Source of the DNA: Thermoproteota archaeon
Lineage (GTDB): Archaea; Thermoproteota; Thermoprotei_A; Sulfolobales; Ignisphaeraceae
Direction of reading: 5' to 3'
Assembly: GCA_030550585.1 (NCBI GenBank)
Contig: JAUQPB010000004.1
Location: 64,001-128,000, forward strand
Length of the DNA stretch: 64,000 nt
Shown: piece after piece, positions 43,262 through 52,889 of the stretch
Layout: each line of letters begins with the position of its first letter
Numbering within the stretch: the first letter of the stretch is position 1
The notes under the pieces: generated by a model
Database searches by the model: none
Told to the model about the DNA's origin: nothing
The model's input: only the letters and a program-made list of their open reading frames with translations
Position numbers and translations under genes: made by a program

Positions 43262-44257
43262 CTACGAAGATTTCTTCTTTGGCTTGACCAACTCTATTCC
43301 GAGCACCAAGAATATTAGTGCACCAAGGAGCCATCCTACAAGGAACAGCACGCCCTCTGCAATATTTCCGTATGTCCAGAAGTTTGTGAAGAGCCTGACT
43401 ATACCTGAAATGATTAGGAATATTGAAAGCGCTATCAGTATTGCTCCGCCAGCTCTTCGAAGAGTGCTTGGTTTAGCTTGTTTAGATTTGGTTGTGTAAC
43501 TTTCTGTATAATAGCTTTCATTGGTATGACTCTCTGTGTAGTAGTTTTTAACAGGAGGTATTGAACTTATTAGACGTTGTACCTCGTTGGCAAGCATCGG
43601 CTCGCTTAGCAACCTCCTTTCGAATTCATTTACATCTACCGGTATCCCAAACTCTCGAATCGCATTTCTTATATCGTGTATGAATGAGTTGATTACACCT
43701 TGGGCACACTCTCGGAAGAGGCACCTCTCTCGAATTGTGGTAGCCAGTCTACTGGCAAACATCTTTACACAGTTATCGAAACGCTCGGTTAGACACTCCT
43801 TTAGCCAAGTATCAAGTTCTACCGTTCCTCGCAACTCCTTTAATCCCATGACCTCCGCAACCTTGTCGGGCTCAAAGAAAGCCGGTGTTGTTTGTTGTGC
43901 GTCTCCGAGGAAGCTCCGCTTTGCAACAGATATAGCGTTGAATACCTCATTTCCTATAACGGGCAGAACCTCACTTTTAACAGCGTTTTCACCGCGAGAC
44001 TCAATTGCATAAATCCTAGACTCCGGGTTCCCGCTTCCTATGAACACATATCTATGCATATCGAGAATCTGCAAATCCTCGGTAAGCTCACGCTCTATAC
44101 AATCCTCTTTATAGAGCTCGAAGAACGTATCTAGGTTGGGGACAGAACGCTGAACATGCAGAACTAGGTCTCCCAATCTCTTAAACCCCTTCACAGCCCT
44201 CCCATCATATGCTGCAAGAACAGCCAACAAAAACATACGACGTGGGAGTCTACTCAC
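43262..44257 (-). CDS. Winged-helix-like N-terminus, divergent Cx4C domain and C-terminal TM hairpin
   Basis: G..RL..LV...Q...EL.EDL..L...Y.I..RG pattern; ungapped match to the island domain at aa 179-220. Confidence 0.65.
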   Translation of the reverse strand: MSRLPRRMFLLAVLAAYDGRAVKGFKRLGDLVLHVQRSVPNLDTFFELYKEDCIERELTEDLQILDMHRYVFIGSGNPESRIYAIESRGENAVKSEVLPVIGNEVFNAISVAKRSFLGDAQQTTPAFFEPDKVAEVMGLKELRGTVELDTWLKECLTERFDNCVKMFASRLATTIRERCLFRECAQGVINSFIHDIRNAIREFGIPVDVNEFERRLLSEPMLANEVQRLISSIPPVKNYYTESHTNESYYTESYTTKSKQAKPSTLRRAGGAILIALSIFLIISGIVRLFTNFWTYGNIAEGVLFLVGWLLGALIFLVLGIELVKPKKKSS

Positions 44258-44510
44258 ATCGCAGCACCTATATATTCGCTCTAATTACTACCCTACCTGC
44301 GGAAATATATAAATTTTTAGTTTTCTAACCAGTTCCGATAAAACAGTTAAAGAGATACAATACAAAAATCTATAGATGCATCTTAACCAAAAACCACAAG
44401 ATAATGCTAAAGTTTAAGACGGTTCGTTTAGTTATGGTATCAAAATATGGCACTCTGATAGAATAAGATTTATAATTTCTTTCATTCTATTTTTACTATA
44501 GGCAGAGTCT

Positions 44511-46292
44511 ATGGAAGGCCTAGGCGATGTTGTTCGCAGATTTCTAGATGGTGTAGAAGGTTGCGAATCTGTGGACTGTATATTGGTTAGGCTGTCGACA
44601 GCTTTCTTCTCTATGAATGACCTCGCTAGAAGGTTTTCGCTTAGCATAGAAGAGCTTGTGAACAGGTTTCTCTCTCATCCAGACGTCATGAAGGTTTTGG
44701 CCGGCCTAGATATACAGCTCGTGGTGAAGAAAATTTGCTGTGACGCTAGGTTTTCGAATCTTAGACAACACCAAAGCAAAATCATAGATGCGATTAAGAG
44801 GGCATCCCAAATCTATCCGCCACACCAGACACACAGAGGAAGGGGTGTTATCATGGCCTATGCCAATAAACATATGTATGAGGGGAAAGAACCCCGCACT
44901 TGGGAATATGCAGGGGCCAAAGGCAAATGGAAGAGGCTGATACGCATGTTGCCTAGAATCAGTTTTGATTTTGCCAGAAGCGACATAGTTGTATTGGTAG
45001 TGCTTATAGTTGTTTTCTTTGTGATACCGACTACATTAGCTATTATGAGGATGCTTTCGCCACACAGCTCTCCGCAAATTGCAGAAAACAGCTCTAGCTG
45101 GACAACAACAACAACAAGTGAAATGAGCTGGGTTAGAAGCGCAACACTCTATACCGTAACAGGTATTGAAGGTGTGTCAAAATCACAACAGCATGTTAAG
45201 GCCACCTCAGTCAGCACCACGACAATCGCTGAAAGCATGGTAGAAGCTACAAGCACTTTTGCTATATCTAAAACCACGATAACTACATACACAATACCAT
45301 TGTCGTTTACATATACTACAGAAACAGAAACTGAGACGCTAGCGAGGTTATATCCCAAACCAGTACTAGAGATAGGGAAAACGCGGCTTGCTGTTGAAGA
45401 CGGCTATCTGGTTGTGGAGTACCATGGTAGGTGGATACCATATCTATGGATTGACATAGGAAACAGAACTATACATTTAACACCACATGTACCTGACAAT
45501 CAGAGTACTGCTGTTGGCGCAGACTATATATACATATCCTCTAACCACACCGTAGCGAAGTACAAATTAGATGAAATAGCAAAGCTGCTAGAAGCATACC
45601 GCGCAACAAATGTAAAAATAACGTTAAAACCTGAATCAGTAGTGTGCAACGCAATCCTTACTGAGAATAGGACTTTGCTGTTCTCTGAATGTAGACGTGT
45701 AATACTCCTCGTAATTCCTTCGTTGAGCGGGAGGTCAATTTTGGAGACTGTATGTTATGAAGTAAATATAACGGCAGTAGATTATCTACACAACCATCTA
45801 TTTAATGAGACATTCTTTAATAATCCGCTAGAGCTTTCGAGGTTTATATTGGATTGGCTGGACAGAAACGCTGAATATAACTACTTTAAGGCAGCTTTTT
45901 CGCTGTTTAGTGATGTGATGGGCCCTGTCGAGTTCTTTGAACAGAGGACAGGTGTCTGTGCTGATTATGCTGTGTTCACAGCTACAGCTCTCTTGGCTGG
46001 TGGCAGCGACGAGGCGTATATACTGATATTCAACACCACAAGAGGGTGGCATGCTACCGCCGGGATAGTAGTGAACGGAACACTATATATTTTAGACCAG
46101 CACCCACCCCTCTACGAGTGGAGCGAGTACACCGTCCATGTTTTCAAGCCTGTGGGCAACAAAATGCAGATTATGAGAATAAAGCTGGATAACAATGGGT
46201 TATCAACTATCGAGATATGGACACTGAGCTCCGATGAAGTTGAAAGCTGGCTACACAAAGTGGCGGGGTTGCAAGCAAGCCAAAGTAGTTGA
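44511..46292 (+). CDS. Membrane protein with N-terminal Cx4C domain, Thr/Ser stalk and transglutaminase-like catalytic domain
   Basis: GVCADYA (Cys), WHA (His), YILD (Asp) triad; single TM. Confidence 0.85.
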   Translation: MEGLGDVVRRFLDGVEGCESVDCILVRLSTAFFSMNDLARRFSLSIEELVNRFLSHPDVMKVLAGLDIQLVVKKICCDARFSNLRQHQSKIIDAIKRASQIYPPHQTHRGRGVIMAYANKHMYEGKEPRTWEYAGAKGKWKRLIRMLPRISFDFARSDIVVLVVLIVVFFVIPTTLAIMRMLSPHSSPQIAENSSSWTTTTTSEMSWVRSATLYTVTGIEGVSKSQQHVKATSVSTTTIAESMVEATSTFAISKTTITTYTIPLSFTYTTETETETLARLYPKPVLEIGKTRLAVEDGYLVVEYHGRWIPYLWIDIGNRTIHLTPHVPDNQSTAVGADYIYISSNHTVAKYKLDEIAKLLEAYRATNVKITLKPESVVCNAILTENRTLLFSECRRVILLVIPSLSGRSILETVCYEVNITAVDYLHNHLFNETFFNNPLELSRFILDWLDRNAEYNYFKAAFSLFSDVMGPVEFFEQRTGVCADYAVFTATALLAGGSDEAYILIFNTTRGWHATAGIVVNGTLYILDQHPPLYEWSEYTVHVFKPVGNKMQIMRIKLDNNGLSTIEIWTLSSDEVESWLHKVAGLQASQSS

Positions 46293-46371
46293 CAAACAAA
46301 GTCTACCTTAAGTGACTGAGATACTCAATAAAAAGAGATAGGTGGTGGTCGTTATCCCAAAGCGTTTATGA

Positions 46372-46596
46372 TTATTGTTTCTTCGGCTTGGACTTGACGA
46401 GCAGTATGCCGGGTATCAGAAATACTAGCGCCCCTAAGATACGTCCCACAGAGCGTAATATGGTTTCTTCGATGGCGCTGGATGACATAATGTCGTTGAT
46501 CAAGCCTCCGCCGAGGAGGAATACTGCGAGTGCTATTAACATAGCTCCGAAACTTTTCTCGCTACGTCTGCCATTGCAAACCACCTGCTTTGTCAA
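46372..46596 (-). CDS. Small 2-TM protein or fragment, paralogous to the C-terminus of 43262-44257
   Basis: GA.LIAL..FL...G...VG..LGAL.FL..GI.LVK..K shared. Confidence 0.55.
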   Translation of the reverse strand: MTKQVVCNGRRSEKSFGAMLIALAVFLLGGGLINDIMSSSAIEETILRSVGRILGALVFLIPGILLVKSKPKKQ

Positions 46597-46729
46597 AACA
46601 AAGCTTTGCTTGAACGAAAAATATAATTTTCTATTAGGCGATAGCTGTGGTTGATTGAATCAAATTAAGAAACTGCCAATGCAACTATCTTTGCTTGCCA
46701 AACCCTTTGAAATTACTTAGATATCTAGG

Positions 46730-47254
46730 TTAAACAACATGGAACAACATGGAAACGAGAGACCAAACTCCTATGGCGTAGAATAGGTCAATCCATATTA
46801 TCTTGGCTAGCGAGAGAACGTAGACTATTGCGGCAATAGGGAAGCCCAATATCGCTTTTTTCTCTACACGCCAGTTCTCCTTGCAGTACCTGTATAGTGA
46901 CTTGGCATCCTCTGTGCTCGGTATTGCATGCATGCCGAACGAGATTGCCAGCCACACCAAAAACCACCCGAGCGGACTTCGTGTGTACGGATCTAGAAAT
47001 GCCAGCACTATAGAAACTATTACCTCGGCTAATGTATTAACCACTAGCGGAAACATGGATATGGCTAGGGCCTGCCCAAACGTGTGAGGGGGCTCGTGGA
47101 GGACATAGCCAGCAGGGTTCCCCAAGCGGAAATACTTTACCTCGTATACCATTAAACCGGACTTCTCACATGCAATTTTATGGGCATATTCATGAAGAAT
47201 CACACCAGGAAATGTAACCAGAGCAATCAGCCAACCAGGAATAAATACAACCAT
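46730..47254 (-). CDS. Membrane zincin-type metalloprotease family protein
   Basis: PGVILHEYAH (HExxH), GYVLH, SFGMHAIPSTEDA; start at MVVFIPG preferred. Confidence 0.82.
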   Translation of the reverse strand: MVVFIPGWLIALVTFPGVILHEYAHKIACEKSGLMVYEVKYFRLGNPAGYVLHEPPHTFGQALAISMFPLVVNTLAEVIVSIVLAFLDPYTRSPLGWFLVWLAISFGMHAIPSTEDAKSLYRYCKENWRVEKKAILGFPIAAIVYVLSLAKIIWIDLFYAIGVWSLVSMLFHVV

Positions 47255-47657
47255 ACTGACCTCCTTCTGTATATTATATATTGAGATATATTTAAAAATG
47301 ATATAGACTATCCCTACTTCGTGGACATGCATTTAAATGTTTCTGATTATTTATCTCATAGAACTATGTTTAAATTAAACCAATGCACAGCCATTGAGAT
47401 CTCCACAACATCTGTGAAGAGGTATTTCTGCTTCTTTTAAGCAATACATGTCTTCATTGCTTAGTGTTTAACTTAGGAATAACCAAAGAAAAGATTGTGT
47501 ATGCATGCCAAGGCAAAAACAATTGGGGTGTAGCTACACGCATAAATCTATTCATTGAATATTTGGAATGGGGATGATTTTTTATTTGGATTCGGTGGTG
47601 GGGTGGATGGTTAGTGAAAAATGGTATGGGCTTGCAGAAATCCATGTTATATTTTTA

Positions 47658-48638
47658 CTATCTCAACAGCTCTCTTATCAGTTTTTGGGCTTCTATTGGG
47701 TTGTTGGAGTCTATGACTTTTCTTATTCTCTCCCATCCGATGCTCTCTAGAGCTCTGTATATGGCTCTTACGTTCTCTATGCTTTGTCTGACCATCTCGG
47801 CTGCGTCTAGGTATCTTGGGAATAGGTCTAGGCCGAACCAGCCGCTGTAGTTTGTTTCTTTTAGCCAGTATAGGAGCTCTGCAAACTCTAGTAGGTGGAC
47901 GCTTGCTGGGAATAGGTCTAGGTCTACCTCTGTGAATATGTCGTTTAGGTGTAGGTGGTACAATGCGTTGTATCTGGATATGAGGACTATTGCCTCTGGC
48001 ACATACTCTTTAGCTAGTTTTGCATGGGCAAACTCTACGTTTATACCAACATTCTTTATGCCCTGCATCCTAAGCTCTAGTATTGTTGTCAGGGCTCTTG
48101 CTGCTGAGCCGTGTAGGAGGTAGCTCGATGGATCCTCTATCTTGTACTCCAACGCAACCTTTATCTCTGGCCCATACTCAGCTACCTCCTTGATCGAGGA
48201 TACGTAGTTGTTCCAGAGCTTTCTATAGTCTGTTGTGAATGGAAAGTCAAACCCCTCTCTACCAGGCCATATAATCAGTATCTCTGCCCCGAGCTCCCTA
48301 GCAATATCTATTGCCTTCTTACATCTTTCAACAGCCCTCCTCCTAGTACTCTCATCGAGTGCCGATAGCGCTCCCCTAGCCCACTGAGCCTCCTGGGAAA
48401 GCACAGGGGCTATGGCAACAGCCTTTAGATTTGCAGTTGATAGAGCGTCTTTAACCTGCTTAACGTTCTCCTCATTGACTTCTGTTGGATAGTGGAACTC
48501 CAGGCCCTGGAGACCCTCAACCCTGCCGGCCTCTTTTATCAGCTCAACAATTGGCCTAGCAGGTTTGTAGCCCGTTGGAGCAAACCTCTCTACACCAGCT
48601 CCGAAGACCCATATACCAGTTGAAAACCTTATCTCCAT
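47658..48638 (-). CDS. Xylose-isomerase-like sugar isomerase (copy 2)
   Basis: Near-identical protein to 25902-26885. Confidence 0.85.
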   Translation of the reverse strand: MEIRFSTGIWVFGAGVERFAPTGYKPARPIVELIKEAGRVEGLQGLEFHYPTEVNEENVKQVKDALSTANLKAVAIAPVLSQEAQWARGALSALDESTRRRAVERCKKAIDIARELGAEILIIWPGREGFDFPFTTDYRKLWNNYVSSIKEVAEYGPEIKVALEYKIEDPSSYLLHGSAARALTTILELRMQGIKNVGINVEFAHAKLAKEYVPEAIVLISRYNALYHLHLNDIFTEVDLDLFPASVHLLEFAELLYWLKETNYSGWFGLDLFPRYLDAAEMVRQSIENVRAIYRALESIGWERIRKVIDSNNPIEAQKLIRELLR

Positions 48639-48804
48639 TTTCATGCACCACAATCTAATAAAAGAGTTGGAAAACATTAAAAAGTTTACTGTGTTAACCT
48701 CATCCAATAGCCTAGTCTATGCGGAAACGTTTATTCACATGGAAAAACCATATAAGAATTTCCCTGCAAATTCTTATGTCCAAACATATAGTTGGGGTTG
48801 TGCC

Positions 48805-49200
48805 ATGCACCAAGACCTTAACGATGTGGTTATACCTGTGGGCATTAGATGCACAGAGTTTTATAGGGTTGGGGATGCACATGTTGCGAATCATGTCGGT
48901 GCTCTGTCAACACCCTCTATGATACTTTTTATGGAGTTGACTGCAATGCGATGTGTTGAAAAGTATATTCCCATTGGCTACACAACCGTCGGCTTTTCTG
49001 TTAATGTGAGGCATGTCAGTCCAGCCCCTCCAAACGCTGTTGTTAGAGTTGAGGCAGAGCTTGTCTCTAGGGAGGGTAGAAAGCTTGTTTTCAGTGTTAG
49101 GACGTTCCTTGGTGAGAGGGTTGTTGGTGAGGGTGTTCACGAGCGGTATATTGTCTCTGTCGAGAGGTTTTTAGACAAGGTGAGAAGGTCTTGGCCATAA
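48805..49200 (+). CDS. Hotdog thioesterase (copy 2)
   Basis: Paralog of 27077-27475. Confidence 0.88.
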   Translation: MHQDLNDVVIPVGIRCTEFYRVGDAHVANHVGALSTPSMILFMELTAMRCVEKYIPIGYTTVGFSVNVRHVSPAPPNAVVRVEAELVSREGRKLVFSVRTFLGERVVGEGVHERYIVSVERFLDKVRRSWP

Positions 49201-49289
49201 GACCCATATTCTCTAAAGCCGTTGTTGTGACTGGAAATAGTTAATAGGTGTTCCCGCTAGACCAATAGCCTGGCTGTGGATCCTGTCAA

Positions 49290-50156
49290 TTGGTTCTTAT
49301 ATGGGGGAGGGGGTTGCTAGTTGTAAACAGTAGAAGAGTCGATGAGCTGGCTGAGATGGTTAGAGCCATTGGACTGGAAAAGATAGTGGTTTTTGAGGAT
49401 ATTGACCCCCAGTTCGAGGCTATAAAGAACCTGTCTAGGGTCTGCGGCTCTACAGCCTATCTCCTAGCTGTTCTCAATAGCGTTATCAGCTATAGGCTTT
49501 CCCAGCCTGGAGAGGTTTACTGGAGTCTCTTCTCAGACTATGCAAAAAGCAGGTGTAGGTCGATCGATGGACTGGAAAAAGCTGTTGGGCTTGTCAAAGA
49601 GTTTGCGAGAATGTATAACAGGGTTTCAGTTGATCAGAAGCTTAGAAGACTTGAGAAGATTGCTAAGTGTAGCCAGCTAGAGCAGGCTGTTTTGTCGACG
49701 GATCTGGAGGCTGTGAGGAGGGAGATAGCTCTGTGTCTAGATGTGGAACCAGACTCCAAGACCGTTGTTTTCTCAGCTAAAATGGTTTACTATGTGCACA
49801 AGGCACTCAGCAAAAAGGTGTCTATACCGATGACAATCCCAATACCTGTAGACACTAGGGTTGCCGCAATAACCTATCTATCAGGAGCTATAGACGTAGT
49901 TGGCGAGGCTATTAGCGAGGGCTATCCCCTACTCAAATACAGCAAAGCAATTAGAGGCGTGTGGATGGAGATAGGCAGGAAATCCTCTACACCACCACTA
50001 AACATAGACGCACTCATATGGTACTTCGGAAAATACCACAACGCAAAGAGCATAGACCACATATACTCCTCGGAATACAACAAACTCAGGCAGTTTCTAA
50101 CACCAGATGAGATAATGCTTATAATAAGAAACCTCTTCTACAGATTAGTCAGATGA
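49290..50156 (+). CDS. AGOG N-glycosylase/DNA lyase (copy 2)
   Basis: Catalytic KTVVFSAK and IPVDTR motifs retained. Confidence 0.9.
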   Translation: MVLIWGRGLLVVNSRRVDELAEMVRAIGLEKIVVFEDIDPQFEAIKNLSRVCGSTAYLLAVLNSVISYRLSQPGEVYWSLFSDYAKSRCRSIDGLEKAVGLVKEFARMYNRVSVDQKLRRLEKIAKCSQLEQAVLSTDLEAVRREIALCLDVEPDSKTVVFSAKMVYYVHKALSKKVSIPMTIPIPVDTRVAAITYLSGAIDVVGEAISEGYPLLKYSKAIRGVWMEIGRKSSTPPLNIDALIWYFGKYHNAKSIDHIYSSEYNKLRQFLTPDEIMLIIRNLFYRLVR

Positions 50157-50285
50157 TTCTAAATAGTATTGAATATGGCTATATAGAGTTGCATTTTCAA
50201 GACTGTGCCTAGATGCTCACCATATAAAACAATAAATAAGTTTATAAAGCTCTATACACAAAATGATATATGGTATTTGTTTTCT

Positions 50286-51155
50286 ATGAAAAATGTGGAG
50301 CTTATAGCATATGTCATATCCTTTATCATCACACTAGCCATAGCTGTTCACATCTTCAACATAATTTATGGTGCTTTCCCGTGGAAAACATTTGATATTA
50401 AGGATGAGACTGTGGAGGAAGGCAGAGCCGATGTTGTGGAAGATGGTGAGGTTGGAGAAGTTCGTATTGTCGGCAATGTGGTGTATCTTCCTCTTCCTAG
50501 GAGGGTCTCTAATGTCTCTGTTGAGGAGGCCATCCTCTTGAGGAGGAGTATCAGGGAGTATCTACCCAATCCGATAACCATTGATCAGCTTTCAATGCTT
50601 TTGTGGGCAGCCTACGGAGTTACAGATACAAGGTATGGTTTTAGATCATCTCCAAGCGCTGGAGCGACATACCCACTAGAAATATATGTTGTGGTTGGGG
50701 AGAAAGGTGTTAGGATAGGTGATGAGAAGTATCTGAGGTCAGGGGTATACAAATATGATGTCTATACACATAGTCTAAGGCTTGTTAGAGAAGGTGATTT
50801 TAGAGATGAGCTTGCTAAAGCTGCTTTGGATCAGCCTTGGGTTAGGGAGGCACCTATAAACATTGTTATTACAGCTGTTTTCGAGAGAACGACGAGGATC
50901 TATGGTGAGAGGGGTAGGGTTAGGTATGTGCCTATGGAGGTTGGGCATGTAGGGCAAAACATATATCTGATGGCAACTGCTTTGAGGCTTGGAACAGTTG
51001 TTATAGGTGCTTTCTACGATGATTGGATAGCCCAAATAATTTCAGCATCTGAAAATGAGACTCCTATGTATATAGTGCCTGTTGGTGTTCCCAAAGAGTT
51101 TAGGGAAACAACTTTTGAGGATATTCAAAGGTTTATAGAGAGTAGAAGGGGATAG
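50286..51155 (+). CDS. SagB/ThcOx-family nitroreductase with N-terminal TM
   Basis: RRSIREY, LSMLLWAA, PSAGATYPLE, EVGHVGQNIYL. Confidence 0.9.
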   Translation: MKNVELIAYVISFIITLAIAVHIFNIIYGAFPWKTFDIKDETVEEGRADVVEDGEVGEVRIVGNVVYLPLPRRVSNVSVEEAILLRRSIREYLPNPITIDQLSMLLWAAYGVTDTRYGFRSSPSAGATYPLEIYVVVGEKGVRIGDEKYLRSGVYKYDVYTHSLRLVREGDFRDELAKAALDQPWVREAPINIVITAVFERTTRIYGERGRVRYVPMEVGHVGQNIYLMATALRLGTVVIGAFYDDWIAQIISASENETPMYIVPVGVPKEFRETTFEDIQRFIESRRG

Positions 51156-51156
51156 C

Positions 51157-51492
51157 ATGTCAAAGTCACTGCGAATTGCTTTGGCGATTGTTGAAGTAAC
51201 TTCAATACCACTACTTGTGCTTACAGCAATATACATACTCTCGGGATATCAAATGCTCTACCCACAGATACGCTTGATCCCAGCTGCAAGAACATTACAT
51301 ACAGACAAGTTTTTGAGAATCCTATTTGTCGTCCTAGTATACCTACATGGACTTACAGGCACAATCATATTATGTGAAAGAAGGATAAGAAATGCATTAA
51401 TTAGAAACATAATCGAGTATATCGCAATAATAGGACTCTCAATTCTTCTTGCAATACCACTCACCCTAGAATTTACCATAGGGCAAAGCTAA
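51157..51492 (+). CDS. Small 3-TM protein, possible heme-b binding
   Basis: LSGY helix, His in TLHTD and YLHG. Confidence 0.65.
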   Translation: MSKSLRIALAIVEVTSIPLLVLTAIYILSGYQMLYPQIRLIPAARTLHTDKFLRILFVVLVYLHGLTGTIILCERRIRNALIRNIIEYIAIIGLSILLAIPLTLEFTIGQS

Positions 51493-51668
51493 CGCCTCGG
51501 CCATTCGGTTACATTGAATAGACGATTTATCATTTCTATCACCAACTAGACACCAAAACATTTTCTAACCCTCTGACGCATTGTCAAGTTCCTTAACATT
51601 GAAGTATCTCTGTAGATGCCCCAAGCACTATAATCGTTAGTGTCTACAATGATTGAATTAATCAAGGG

Positions 51669-52685
51669 TTATATCTCTACAACAACCTTTAGCTGATGTC
51701 TCTCAAGAGATTTTTTCAGTGCTTCGACTGCATTGTCGATCCCCTTTACAACTTCTGTTATCTTTGGTTTTACAACACCTCTTTTCAGCAAATCTATGGC
51801 TTTTTCGAATTCTTTGAATGTTCCACATCTCGTTCCAATAATCCTAATCTCTTTGACAACAGCTACTGTTGTGTTCACGGTTGCTAATGCTCCCGGTGTC
51901 GACTTCAAGTGTATTACTCCCCTAGGTCTCGTAAGCTGTATCGCTATATCTAGTCCCTGTGGGTCTCCAGTGGCCTCAAATACCATGTCGAATCCGAGGC
52001 CCTCCGGCGTTTTCTCGGATACATAGCTTAGAGCTGTTTTGGTGTCTAGAACCCTGATGCCCAGCTCTACAAAGTATCTAGTCTTTGGAGAATCCGGTCT
52101 TGCTATAACAACTGGTTCGAGACCCATATGAAGCAAAACCTGTGTTGCTAGGTAAGCTAGGTTGCCCGTGCCAAGAACAGCAATATTATCGCTTGGCCTT
52201 GGCGGGTACTGAGAAAATGCATTCAGAACAGCTGCTAGCGGCTCAACCTCTGTTGCTGTGATAGAGTCTAGGCCATTCACTATATGCAAAGCTGTTTGAG
52301 GTGCTGCAAAATATTCTGCAAAACCCCCGTCAAAATCTATCCCAAGTGTTTTCTTGTATGGACAATGTGTATAGAGACCACTTCTACAGTAGTAGCATGA
52401 ACCGCAAGAGAAGTTTATTTCACTAACAACAAGCCTTCCCCTAAGGGGAGAGTCGCTAACAACTACCCCCACAACTTCGTGTCCTGGTATAAGAGGAGAT
52501 TTGAAGAGTTTATATGTCCCTTTATAAAAAGCTTTGTCAGTTCCACAAACACCAACAGCAACACTTTTAACCAAAACCCAGTTTCCCTGTGGAGTGGGGA
52601 TCGGGACATCCCCAATTTTCGCAATGCCAGGGCCGTATAGCACAAGTGCCTTCAATTTCAACACCATAAAACGTTCTATCATCAA
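51669..52685 (-). CDS. Zn-dependent alcohol dehydrogenase (MDR family)
   Basis: GVCGTD, PGHE, CxxCxxC-x7-C, EPLA. Confidence 0.92.
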   Translation of the reverse strand: MMIERFMVLKLKALVLYGPGIAKIGDVPIPTPQGNWVLVKSVAVGVCGTDKAFYKGTYKLFKSPLIPGHEVVGVVVSDSPLRGRLVVSEINFSCGSCYYCRSGLYTHCPYKKTLGIDFDGGFAEYFAAPQTALHIVNGLDSITATEVEPLAAVLNAFSQYPPRPSDNIAVLGTGNLAYLATQVLLHMGLEPVVIARPDSPKTRYFVELGIRVLDTKTALSYVSEKTPEGLGFDMVFEATGDPQGLDIAIQLTRPRGVIHLKSTPGALATVNTTVAVVKEIRIIGTRCGTFKEFEKAIDLLKRGVVKPKITEVVKGIDNAVEALKKSLERHQLKVVVEI

Positions 52686-52889
52686 AGTTTTAGATCTTAT
52701 GATACAATATCAATATAAAATAATAATTAGCATATTTGCTTAAATGCGATGACCAGTAACTTAAGTTTTGTGGCTCTTCTCATAGCTATCTATATCCAAC
52801 AAATAGAGTTGAAGTTTGTTAAAAAGGGTCTAATTAGGCTAAAGCTTTTTAGAAAGGGGCTTCTCCAATGATATGTTATAATCAGTGAA

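Larger units (their letters stand above)
47662..50156. repeat. Duplicated block copy 2
   Basis: Same gene order and orientation as copy 1; offset 21,753 bp in the isomerase gene. Confidence 0.95.

Noticed and set aside
47528-47539. Palindrome GTGTAGCTACAC resembling half-sites of the ATPase motif
   Set aside because: Wrong orientation and spacing, single copy; could be chance.
41106-47657. Island as a provirus or integrated plasmid
   Set aside because: No integrase, replication, packaging or capsid gene, tRNA or att repeat recognised.
50286-51155. SagB together with TldD/PmbA as a RiPP cluster
   Set aside because: The genes are about 36 kb apart, with no YcaO or precursor peptide.
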